In this document: positions 48,127-56,776 of the stretch, piece by piece
Layout: each line of letters starts with the position of its first letter
How positions within the stretch are numbered: the first letter of the stretch is position 1
Virus record (IMG/VR): IMGVR_UViG_3300035212_003113
Location: 307,676 to 371,675 of that record
Length of the DNA stretch: 64,000 bases
Strand: one strand, 5' to 3'
The notes under the pieces: generated by a model
Seen by the model: only the letters and a program-made list of their open reading frames with translations
Database searches by the model: none
Told to the model about the DNA's origin: nothing
Made by a program: the position numbers and the translations under genes

Positions 48127-48291
48127 ATGGCTCAATCGGTTCGGATTCGCATCGCTGGAAACTTCGGGCACGCGCTTTGCCTGTGCCCGGGGTGTTGTCC
48201 CCGTGGCGGCGGGGGCAAGGCGGCCGTCAAGCGCAAGACGGCGCGGGCCGTCCGGCGTTCCGAGCGCCGGGAGATCGAGACGGAGGATTAG
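48127..48291 (+). CDS. 54-aa Cys/basic peptide, missed by the ORF track
   Basis: GGAGG at 48117; MAQSVRIRIAGNFGHALCLCPGCCPRGGGGKAAVKRKTARAVRRSERREIETED. Confidence 0.65.
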   Translation: MAQSVRIRIAGNFGHALCLCPGCCPRGGGGKAAVKRKTARAVRRSERREIETED

Positions 48292-48370
48292 CCGTCCCGG
48301 CCCGGGGAGTCGCATCCCCGGTCCCGAACCTGCCCGGTCCTAAAAACATTATCTTTTGATCTTGATAAGC

Positions 48371-48628
48371 ATGAACAACAACGACAGCCTCACTGCCCGA
48401 TCCAACATCGTCGCGCTCCGGCGCGCCGACCGCGATGCGGCTGCCGCGCGCCGCGCGGGCTACGGAACTGACCGCGCCGCTTGGTGCGGCGTCGATGCCG
48501 GCCTTGCCAAGCTCATGACGGAGGCGGGCCTTTTCGCCCGCCTGCCCGCTGAGGCCCGCGAGCAGTGGGACGCCGGTTGTCTTTCCGCGTCGGAAGCTTT
48601 CGCTATCATCGGCGACGAACTATTTTAG
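48371..48628 (+). CDS. cassette gene, probably leaderless
   Basis: ATG falls exactly on the inferred +1 of element 48336; no SD. Confidence 0.65.
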   Translation: MNNNDSLTARSNIVALRRADRDAAAARRAGYGTDRAAWCGVDAGLAKLMTEAGLFARLPAEAREQWDAGCLSASEAFAIIGDELF

Positions 48629-48772
48629 TTCGCCGCCCACCCTTCCACCGCCCCGGCCCCGCCGGGGCTTTTCTTTTGCCAGGTCTCGAACCTGGCAGCG
48701 GTCCTAAAAACAGATATTTCTGATCCTGTTAGACATCGGAACGGCGGCACGGGCCGCACAACGGAGGATAGC

Positions 48773-49183
48773 ATGGCTTCGCAAAAGCGCTCTCTCGCCC
48801 TTGACATTCGTCTCGCTGGCATCGATTTCCCGTCGGACGTGGGCCGGGCGTTGGAGTTCTACGTTAACGGCAAGCTCCTGTTTCGTGGGGACCGTGCGGG
48901 ATTCGAGCGGCTCTGGGCCGCTCTCCCAAATATCCATGCCGCTTTCGGCGGGATGGAGTCTGAAGGCGTGCGCCCCTTCCGCACGGGGACCGTGCGCTTT
49001 CAGCCGGGCCGCAACCCGCAAGTCGGATACGTCTACACGTTGGAGGACGTGGCCGCCTGCATGCTGTTCCGTCATGAAGTCGAGGAAGCTCTTGACGGGC
49101 GCGGGGCGTTCCTGCCGGACGACGTGCTCGAAGATACTCACTCCTGCGCAGGGTGGGGATGTGTTTGTCACAGTGAGAGCTAG
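48773..49183 (+). CDS. cassette gene, hypothetical protein
   Basis: GGAGG SD after element 48700. Confidence 0.7.
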   Translation: MASQKRSLALDIRLAGIDFPSDVGRALEFYVNGKLLFRGDRAGFERLWAALPNIHAAFGGMESEGVRPFRTGTVRFQPGRNPQVGYVYTLEDVAACMLFRHEVEEALDGRGAFLPDDVLEDTHSCAGWGCVCHSES

Positions 49184-49339
49184 CCTCACAGCGGGCCTCG
49201 CCCGGCCCCGGCCTAATCAGCCGGGGTTTTTTTGTCTTTTTTTGCGGGCGTCATCGGTCCTAAAAACATAACTTTTTGATCCTGATAGGTGTCCAGCGGT
49301 TCCCGGCGCTCCTGCCGGCCCGCCCTGCCCGAGGTTAGC

Positions 49340-49648
49340 ATGACCAACGTCATCGGCATTATTCTCTCTACCGACTACGGCACCCTCGAAATCGAGGGGG
49401 TGGAGGCCGGCGCTCTTGCCCGCCTGCGCCGTGACCCGGTACTGGTCGCGGCCGTGGAGGCGGCCGACGACGACGCCTTTGCGGCTCGTCTCATCGACCT
49501 CCACCCGGAAGTGGCGGACTATGAGGTCCCGTCAACCGACTTCCTGCGGGTGACGCGCCTGCCCGCCGGCACCCGGTACGGGATTGTCATGGGCGACGGG
49601 GATACCGAAGCGCTCGTCTCGGAGCTTGACCTTACCGAGACGGCATGA
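49340..49648 (+). CDS. cassette gene, hypothetical protein
   Basis: GAGGT SD; MTNVIGIIL. Confidence 0.65.
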   Translation: MTNVIGIILSTDYGTLEIEGVEAGALARLRRDPVLVAAVEAADDDAFAARLIDLHPEVADYEVPSTDFLRVTRLPAGTRYGIVMGDGDTEALVSELDLTETA

Positions 49649-49743
49649 CCGTCCGGGCGGGGGCCGGGTTCACCCGGCTCCGCCCCTCTCCTCCCCGGTC
49701 CTAAAAACAGATTCTTTTGATCCTGTTAGACATGGAGGCCACG

Positions 49744-50010
49744 ATGAAGCTGACAAAGAAGGAAGCTCGCAACGTTCGCGTTCTCGCCGCGCAGCACGAC
49801 GGGTTGGACGTGCTCGCCAGTGCGGCGGGCATCGCCCGGGGCGACCGCTCGGTCGCTTACCCGGTGGAGAACCGGGGCCGGGTGGGTTGGTTCAAGCAGG
49901 TGTGCCACCTCGCCGGCCGCGAGACGGGTCGCAACCACTGGGTTGCGGCGGTGGTCCGCGCCAACCGTCCCGCTAACGCGGTGGCGATTCTCCGGGCGCT
50001 CGAAGACTAG
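49744..50010 (+). CDS. cassette gene, hypothetical protein
   Basis: GGAGG SD; an in-frame ATG at 49732 also sits on the inferred +1. Confidence 0.7.
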   Translation: MKLTKKEARNVRVLAAQHDGLDVLASAAGIARGDRSVAYPVENRGRVGWFKQVCHLAGRETGRNHWVAAVVRANRPANAVAILRALED

Positions 50011-50192
50011 CGGGTGACGGGCCGGGGCGCGTAGCCCCGGACCCGAGCCTACCGGTCCTAAAAACAGATTCTTTTGATCCTGTTAGACAGAACGGCGGCG
50101 ACGAAACGATACGATGCGCCGCACATAACGGGTTAAACGTAGCGCCGGTGGTCGGCGGTACGCTAGGCCCTAGAAACAAAAGGGAAAGCACA

Positions 50193-50705
50193 ATGTCGCT
50201 CATCAAGTTTGGTTCCAACACCGGCAACTCTGGCAACACCCTTGCTCTCCCCGCTCCCCGTGTGACGGCGCCCGCCCCTATGGCGCCGATGCCTCTCCCG
50301 GCGCCGGTCGCTGCGACGAGCACGAGCCCGGACATTGCGGCTCTTATGGCGAGGCTTGCGGCGGCCGAGGCGGGGCTCGCTACAGAGAAGGCCCGGGCCG
50401 ATGCGGCCGAGGCTGCCCGTGCGGCGAGTGGCGGTAGCCGTGGATACAGCATGAAGGCGTCGGAGAAGGGCGCTATCTCGATCTACGGCGTCTCTACCAA
50501 GTTCCCGGTGACGCTCTACGCTCCCCACCTCGTGGGAATCATCCGTGATCTGGTTATGACCGGCAAGGCGTCGGCGTTCCTCCGGGAGAATGCGGCGAAG
50601 CTTTCGGTCAAGGTCGACGGCACGGGCCAGGCGGGCACGGGTGCTTCGGAATCGGCAGTGCGCAGCCTTGCCGATGAGCTTGATCGGGTCACCCGCAAGG
50701 CGTGA
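50193..50705 (+). CDS. MSLIK paralogue 1 (coiled coil + SEKGAISIYG..FPVTLY domain)
   Basis: Near-colinear similarity to 53453..53896 and 54869..55297. Confidence 0.8.
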   Translation: MSLIKFGSNTGNSGNTLALPAPRVTAPAPMAPMPLPAPVAATSTSPDIAALMARLAAAEAGLATEKARADAAEAARAASGGSRGYSMKASEKGAISIYGVSTKFPVTLYAPHLVGIIRDLVMTGKASAFLRENAAKLSVKVDGTGQAGTGASESAVRSLADELDRVTRKA

Positions 50706-50826
50706 ACGGTAGGAAGGGGGCCGGGTTCGCCCGGCCCTTTCCTTCCCCGCCGGTCCTAAAAACAGATTCTTTTGATCCTGTTAGACAAGCGGCGACGACG
50801 AAACAAACGCCGCGAATGGAGACGCG

Positions 50827-51219
50827 ATGCGCAAGCAGTCTGCTCGTTCCCTCACCCTTGCTCTTTCCCGTGCCGCTGCTGACGTGCTTGTCGGCAAGCT
50901 GTCAAGCCTTAACTATGGGAATACCACCACGCCGGGGCCGCGTCAAACGGCCATCCTCGCAGATATTGCCCGCCGCAAGGCAACCCGGCGCGGGCGTCGG
51001 GCTGCTACTGCCGCTGAGATTGCGGAAACGCAAGGCATCCCGGTCTCCAACGTGGAGCGGGCGCTGTCCTGTCTCCGGTGCCGTGGCCTTGTCGACCGCC
51101 GGGGCACCCGGTTCGGCCTTACCATCCGGGGGACGGAAGCTGCCGCCCTGTTCTCCGGGGTGCAGGTGCCCGACGGCATCGGGCTGGTCCTGACTGGTCA
51201 TGCTATCCGCAAGGTGTGA
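50827..51219 (+). CDS. winged helix-turn-helix protein
   Basis: RQTAILADI...TAAEIAETQGIPVSNVERALSCLRCRGLV...LTIRG. Confidence 0.75.
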   Translation: MRKQSARSLTLALSRAAADVLVGKLSSLNYGNTTTPGPRQTAILADIARRKATRRGRRAATAAEIAETQGIPVSNVERALSCLRCRGLVDRRGTRFGLTIRGTEAAALFSGVQVPDGIGLVLTGHAIRKV

Positions 51220-51320
51220 CCGTCCGGGGCGGGTCGGGGGAGAAATCCCCCGGCCTTTCCTTCCGGCCCCGGTCCTAAAGACATACTTACCTGATCCTGA
51301 TAAGCACAACGGAGGCCGGT

Positions 51321-51515
51321 ATGAAAAGCAAGTTTTCTTGCCCTACTTGTAAGCAACGCCCTGCGTGTGACTGTGCACCCCCGGACTATGCCCGGATGCG
51401 CCGGGAAAGCGAGCATGCACCGTCGACTGCCGTCTATGTTGCCGCCCTGCAACGTGCATGGGAGCACCGTGCGATGATGCTCGAAGCGGACGAGACCCGC
51501 GACCACCGCGATTAG
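51321..51515 (+). CDS. small Cys-rich protein
   Basis: CPTC...CDC; GGAGG SD. Confidence 0.65.
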   Translation: MKSKFSCPTCKQRPACDCAPPDYARMRRESEHAPSTAVYVAALQRAWEHRAMMLEADETRDHRD

Positions 51516-51533
51516 CGGGTAGGAGGACTGCGC

Positions 51534-51716
51534 ATGAAAGAGCTTTTCTTTTGCATTGATCAGGAACACGTTGATGCCGGGGAGTTCCTGCCCGGCGAGA
51601 TCGGGCACTGGGCAGTGCGCGGACTCCCCGGCGGGGTGCTCGTATTCAACAACCGCTATCTAGCCGAACTGGTGTGGGCGGGTATCGCACCTCACCACGG
51701 CTACGCTCACAACTAG
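51534..51716 (+). CDS. hypothetical protein
   Basis: AGGAGG SD. Confidence 0.65.
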   Translation: MKELFFCIDQEHVDAGEFLPGEIGHWAVRGLPGGVLVFNNRYLAELVWAGIAPHHGYAHN

Positions 51717-51795
51717 GGGATCGGGGCGGACACCTGCCCCTTTCCTTCCCGGTCCTAAAAGCATACCGGGCCGATCTTGATAGCCGGGAGGCACG

Positions 51796-51987
51796 ATGGA
51801 ACGGCTCCGACAAACGCTCCGGGCGTTGTTCGCCCCGCCGCATTATCCGCCCGGCTATGCGCCGGTGTCCGGTCATGCGGTGCATTCATACGAGAAAAAC
51901 TATTTTCTGGCGGACACGCGCCGCCGTGCGAGGGTAGCCTATGAAGCCGCGAAACGCAATCTTGTTGCAGATGATCCTAACCCGTAA
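51796..51987 (+). CDS. cassette gene, hypothetical protein
   Basis: GGAGG SD after element 51751. Confidence 0.65.
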   Translation: MERLRQTLRALFAPPHYPPGYAPVSGHAVHSYEKNYFLADTRRRARVAYEAAKRNLVADDPNP

Positions 51988-52178
51988 AGGCGGGGTCATG
52001 CGCGACCGCAAGGCGGAATCGAAACGCCGGGCGTGCCGGGGGCGAGTCCGCCGGGACCGCGACGACGAGTGACCGGCTGGGGCGCCAGCCCCACCTGGCT
52101 CGCGACCGGTCCTAAAAACATACTCCTCTGATCCTGTATAGCAGAAGCCGGAACGAAACCAACTAGCAGGAGGCAGCT

Positions 52179-52472
52179 ATGTCCAAGGTTCACTTCAACA
52201 CCGGTCGTCTTTATGGTCCCCATGGTCAACGCATCGTGGCTATGCAGTGCCCTTCCGGCGAAGTTGTGTTCGTTGACCGGGACCGGGGCATCCTAGGTGC
52301 CTTGACTGAAAAGTCGGGGGAGATGGGCGCCAACACCGGAGGCGTCAAGGTGTTCCCGCCGTTGACGGCGGCGCAGGTACAGGCGGAAGTCAGTCGCCGC
52401 TATGTCGGCAGCTACGCTTATCAAAGCAGCTCACTGGCCTACCAGTTTGAGGCGCAGCTTCTCGCGGACTGA
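52179..52472 (+). CDS. cassette gene, hypothetical protein
   Basis: AGGAGG SD after element 52108. Confidence 0.7.
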   Translation: MSKVHFNTGRLYGPHGQRIVAMQCPSGEVVFVDRDRGILGALTEKSGEMGANTGGVKVFPPLTAAQVQAEVSRRYVGSYAYQSSSLAYQFEAQLLAD

Positions 52473-52556
52473 GGTCCGGCCCCGCACGCGCGGGGTTCTT
52501 TGCTGAGCCGGTCCTAAAAACAGATTCTTTTGATCTTGTTAGACACGGAGGCGACG

Positions 52557-52850
52557 ATGCGCAGCAGCGAGCAGGTTTTCGTGGCAGTCGTTTCAACCTC
52601 CCGCCACTTTGGCGGGCATGAGGAAGGCGGCTGGTGGTTCGACTGGTCGAATGTAGAAAAGGCGTGGTCTTTTGACAACCCGCGCCGGGCGCGCCGGTTT
52701 GCCCGGCGGCTGGAACGCGAGGAAGCGCATTACGCGCCGCGTCATGACCGCTTCTCGGTTCTCGGCGGGACCGATGTAGAAGTCCGCCGCACGCGGGACC
52801 CGGAAGCACTCGCCGAATGGCAGAGCCGGCAGCGCCCGCGATACGAGTGA
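52557..52850 (+). CDS. cassette gene, hypothetical protein (GGxEEGGWW motif)
   Basis: GGAGG SD; FGGHEEGGWWFD. Confidence 0.7.
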   Translation: MRSSEQVFVAVVSTSRHFGGHEEGGWWFDWSNVEKAWSFDNPRRARRFARRLEREEAHYAPRHDRFSVLGGTDVEVRRTRDPEALAEWQSRQRPRYE

Positions 52851-52945
52851 GCGGACAACGGACCGGGGCCTAGCTCCGGTCCCGAGTCCGGCCGGTCCTA
52901 AAAACATAAACTTTTGATCCTGATAGGTGCCACAACGGAGGCTGC

Positions 52946-53146
52946 ATGCAGGTGACGGAGATTGCGATTGACGGCAACGGCAACGCGACGGTGAACGCCC
53001 GCGAGGGCGGGATGGAAGCGGCGCTCGCCCGCGCCCCGTGGGCGCTGCGGGGATGGGCGGCGGAACGCTGCAATCTGGAAATGACGGGGCGGGAGTACCT
53101 GACCCGCCGCGCCGAGATGCTGCGGGCGCTGGCGGACGTCCGCTAG
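52946..53146 (+). CDS. cassette gene, hypothetical protein
   Basis: GGAGG SD after element 52894. Confidence 0.7.
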   Translation: MQVTEIAIDGNGNATVNAREGGMEAALARAPWALRGWAAERCNLEMTGREYLTRRAEMLRALADVR

Positions 53147-53452
53147 GGGACGGGGTGCCGGGGGGGCACCTGACTCCGGACCGGGCCTAAAAACATACTC
53201 CTCTGATCTTGTCCCGCATACGTGGGAGGTGTGCCATGCGGGGCTAAAAGATTGCAAAACTTATCTGCAAGGGCCAACGGCGAGTCCGGGGGCGGGCGTC
53301 CTATTGTCCGAAAAGCGCGGTCGCCACCGGTCCTAAAAACAGCTTCCCCTGATCTTGTAGGGTGTCCCGGCGACGACGCCGCGACGCAGCGCCGATGACG
53401 CAGCGCCCGATGGTCGGGGGTTGCGGATAGGCTAGAACGCAGGATACAAGCC

Positions 53453-53896
53453 ATGTCGCTTATCAAGCTCCCCGCCCCTGTCGCCGCCACCGTTGCCACG
53501 CCCGTCACGGCGCCGTCTCTGTCTCCTGACATTGCCGCGCTCATGGCCCGCCTCGCAGCGGCGGAAGCTGCGGTCGCGACGGAAAAGGCCCGCGCCGACG
53601 CCGCTGAAAAGGTCAAGGCGGAGTCGCGGGGTTATTCTGCGAAGGCATCGGAAAAGGGCGCGGTTTCCATCTACGGGGTTAGCGCCCGCTTCCCTGTCAC
53701 GCTGTATGCCCCGCACTTTGTCGGGGTGTGCCTTGACCTTATCATGACGGATAAGGGGGTCAACTTCCTGCGTGAAAACGCGGATAAGTTGTCTGTCAAG
53801 GTGGACGGCACCGGGCAGGCCGGGACGGAGGCGAGCCGGGCGGAAGTGCTGCGCCTCGCAGACCGGCTGGCCGGTGCGGTTGCCCGCCTGAAGTGA
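53453..53896 (+). CDS. MSLIK paralogue 2
   Basis: SPDIAALMARL...KASEKGAVSIYGVSARFPVTLYAPH. Confidence 0.8.
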   Translation: MSLIKLPAPVAATVATPVTAPSLSPDIAALMARLAAAEAAVATEKARADAAEKVKAESRGYSAKASEKGAVSIYGVSARFPVTLYAPHFVGVCLDLIMTDKGVNFLRENADKLSVKVDGTGQAGTEASRAEVLRLADRLAGAVARLK

Positions 53897-54868
53897 GGCG
53901 GGCCGGGGGTGGGCGGGGCGACCCGCCTGCCCCTTTTCCGGCGACCGGCGCCCGGCCGGACCCGCCGGGTTCGCCACCGGCCCTAAAAACATACTCGCCT
54001 GATCCTGTAGGACGTACTCTGGTGACAAACCGGGGCGGGCGAACTATTCCTTTTTTTATTGCCCGGCGCGGGGCAGTCCGGTCGTCGGTCCTAAAAACAT
54101 ACGCCGACGATCCTGACAGACGGGTCAACGGGACAACCGGGGGCGGGATAGGTGCGTCGATTGCAAGAAAAAACCGGGGAACAATAACAGGATCGGGAAA
54201 GCCCGTTTTTAGGACCGGGATTGCCTGCAAAGTTTATGCCCCTTTTTATTGTGCCGGTCCTAAAAACAGCTTCTCCCGATCCTGTTACGCGTCAACGCTA
54301 TAGTCGGGGGCGGGGAGAGGTGTATCCGGTGGATTAGTTATGTGGACAAAAGATCCGTTTTGTTTTTGCGTTTTATGATAGCTGACAGGGGCCGGCGGTC
54401 CTAAAGACGGAGTCCGCCGATCCTGTAACCTGCGTCAACGGGACAACCGGGGACGGGTGCGGTGTGCCTAGTGGCTTTGTAATGCTGATGCAATGTTTGC
54501 AGGATCTTTTCTATCTGTTATTAGGATTGCGGCTTCAGTCCTAAAGACGGTGTTGTGTGATCCTGTTGTGCTTTTACTGATTCTGGCTTTCCCTAACGGT
54601 AGAGAGCTGGGAGATAACTTTATAATCTTTAGCAGGCCGCCCGGGCTTGCTGGATAGCTATTGTCTCGCGCGCGTTGATAGGGATGCTTGGTAGGTTGCT
54701 AGATAGTACCTGCTAGAAAGCAGTTTTTCTTGACAGGGGGCGGCGGTCCTAAAGTCGGGGTCCGCCGATCCTGTAGAGCAGAACGGCGGCCCACTACATA
54801 GCCGCAAAGGTGAAGCGTTATACCCGGTGGTCGGGTATCTCGTGGAGCCTAAATACAGGGAGAGCATC

Positions 54869-55297
54869 ATGTCGCTCATCAAGGTCGGAACCCCCGTCGC
54901 CAACAACACCGTCACCTCTGTCAGCCCGGATGTGGCAGCTCTCATGGAGCGTCTCAAGGCTGCCGAGGCTGCGCTGGCAGCAGAGAAGGCCCGTGCCGAT
55001 GCTGCTACCAAGACTAAGGGCGAGGCGCGTGGTTACACCGCCAAGGCCAGCGAGAAGGGTGCTATCAGCATCTACGGTGTGTCCGCTCGCTTTCCTGTCA
55101 CGGTCTACGCTCCCCACTTTGTGGGGATTGCGCTGGACCTCATCATGACCGACAAGGGAGTGGCGTTTCTCCGGGAGAACGCTGATAAGCTCTCTGTCAA
55201 GGTGGATGGTACCGGGACCGCTGGTACCGAGGCTAGCCGTGCCGAGGTTCTCCGGCTGGCTGACCGTCTCGCTGAAGCTGTCGCCAAGCTGAAGTGA
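54869..55297 (+). CDS. MSLIK paralogue 3
   Basis: SPDVAALMERL...KASEKGAISIYGVSARFPVTVYAPH; start re-called. Confidence 0.8.
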   Translation: MSLIKVGTPVANNTVTSVSPDVAALMERLKAAEAALAAEKARADAATKTKGEARGYTAKASEKGAISIYGVSARFPVTVYAPHFVGIALDLIMTDKGVAFLRENADKLSVKVDGTGTAGTEASRAEVLRLADRLAEAVAKLK

Positions 55298-55658
55298 GGC
55301 AGGCAGGTGGGGGCCGGGATAACCCGGCTCCCTTTCCTGTTAGAATGACAGCTTACCCCTACACAGGTGGCAATAATGCTGCGCTTTTTGGAACTTCCTC
55401 CTAGCCGTCCTGACGTCGAGCCTACGTGGACGGAGTGTATTGCGATGGCCTTTCAATGTGCCCGCTTTGCGCCGCTCGAAGCGGACAGGGCACGGGCCAT
55501 GCATGCTGCCTGTAGCTGGTTAGAAAAAGGCTTGTTTTGGCTTGATTGAAGCCACTACCGGGGAGGGGCGACTCTCCCCGGTACCTACAACCTGCAACAC
55601 ACCTGCCAACGGGACAACCGGGGGCGGGCGATCTATTCGCGCGCGCGTTGTGTGCTCC

Positions 55659-56025
55659 GGTCCTAAAAACAGCGATTTCTGATCCTGATACAGTTGCCCC
55701 TCTGTCAGGCAGAGGATTGCAGCGTTCCGGTCCTAAAGACGGGTGTTGCTGATCCTGTAGGGGTTTGCCGATTGCCTGCAATCCTCTGCCCTTGCTCCGT
55801 CCTAAAGACGGGGATCTGTGATCCTGTATCGGTTTGACCTGTGTGTGTCTATATACTTGTTTCTATGTGAAACGCGCCGGTCCTAAAAACAGATTCTTTT
55901 GATCCTGTCGCCCTTTGTCTTTTTGTCAACTTCACGCGGTCCTAAAAACATACTCGCCTGATCCTGTTAGCATTTTCTTTTTTCTAGACTCGCTCCAGTC
56001 CTAAAGACGGTGTGCCCTGATCCTG
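55659..56025 (+). repeat. ORF-free cluster of six 29-bp elements with 30-52-bp gaps
   Basis: Starts 55659, 55729, 55798, 55879, 55938, 55997; gaps 41, 40, 52, 30, 30. Confidence 0.9.
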
Positions 56026-56281
56026 TCCCGGTTGCCCCGCTGTTTGCTTCTTCTCTCTTTTTCTTGTGCCTAGAGCGGCTGGCCTATTGCCGGCAGACAA
56101 CCGCTTTGCAGCGTTTACCCGTCTGAAGAATAATGGGCAAAAGATACCAAGGGAACCGCCACCACCCACCGGGAGCTAAAACCTCTCTTGATGCCGGTAT
56201 TACAGCTGTACTAAGTATTAGACAGCTGCTAGTTGACCCGCGCCGGCTCTAAAGCCGGGTATGCCGCTGTATGGAGTTGTC

Positions 56282-56776
56282 ATGAAACTTGACAAAGTCG
56301 CGCTGTCTTATGCAAGATCCAGCGAAGAAGCTATATCTATACTAACAGAGAGCAGACCAGAGTTTGTCCCGCTGCTGCATCCTGATGATTTGCGTAAGAT
56401 AACAAAATATATTGTTGCCTGCAATAACCATAATCATAAAGTCTTCAAGGTTACTATACCCCTGTTTGCTTGGTACGAGCATAGGATATGGCCAGATCCT
56501 TCTGCCTTTCCTAGCAGCACAGGAATCATTTACTCTATCATGGTGTGGGTAAAGTCTCCAAAAAGAGTTCTGAAAAAGAACTTCACTCTTTTGTATCCAT
56601 TTGATCTGGGTTCTAATGCCGCATTAGACAGGGAAAGCATAAAGGAAATAATCCGATTGAAGGTAGAGAAAATAGAGAGTATGAAGGTTAGCTATAAGGC
56701 TGCCGCTGATAAGCTAAAGAATATGGCAATCGTGACAATCGGGGCCGGGCCTAAAGTCGGGTCCGGCCGATCCTGA
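56282..56776 (+). CDS. MKL-signature protein inside the cassette array
   Basis: MKLDKVAL after GGAG; stop codon lies at the right end of element 56747. Confidence 0.65.
   Translation: MKLDKVALSYARSSEEAISILTESRPEFVPLLHPDDLRKITKYIVACNNHNHKVFKVTIPLFAWYEHRIWPDPSAFPSSTGIIYSIMVWVKSPKRVLKKNFTLLYPFDLGSNAALDRESIKEIIRLKVEKIESMKVSYKAAADKLKNMAIVTIGAGPKVGSGRS

Noticed and set aside
53212-53328. Protein-coding gene after element 53183
   Set aside because: GGAGG is followed only by ATG-CGG-GGC-TAA or a GTG frame running into the next element; treated as an empty or relic cassette
43272-55287. Numerous overlapping minus-strand and alternative-frame ORFs in the GC-rich region
   Set aside because: Arg/Pro/Gly-rich shadows of high-GC genes, with no SD; many begin at TTG/ATG inside the element itself (MFLGP.., MILL.., PVLKT..)
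55659-56025. CRISPR array
   Set aside because: Repeats differ in their central 13 nt, gaps range 30-52 nt, the same repeat precedes genes across 21 kb, and no cas gene or leader was seen
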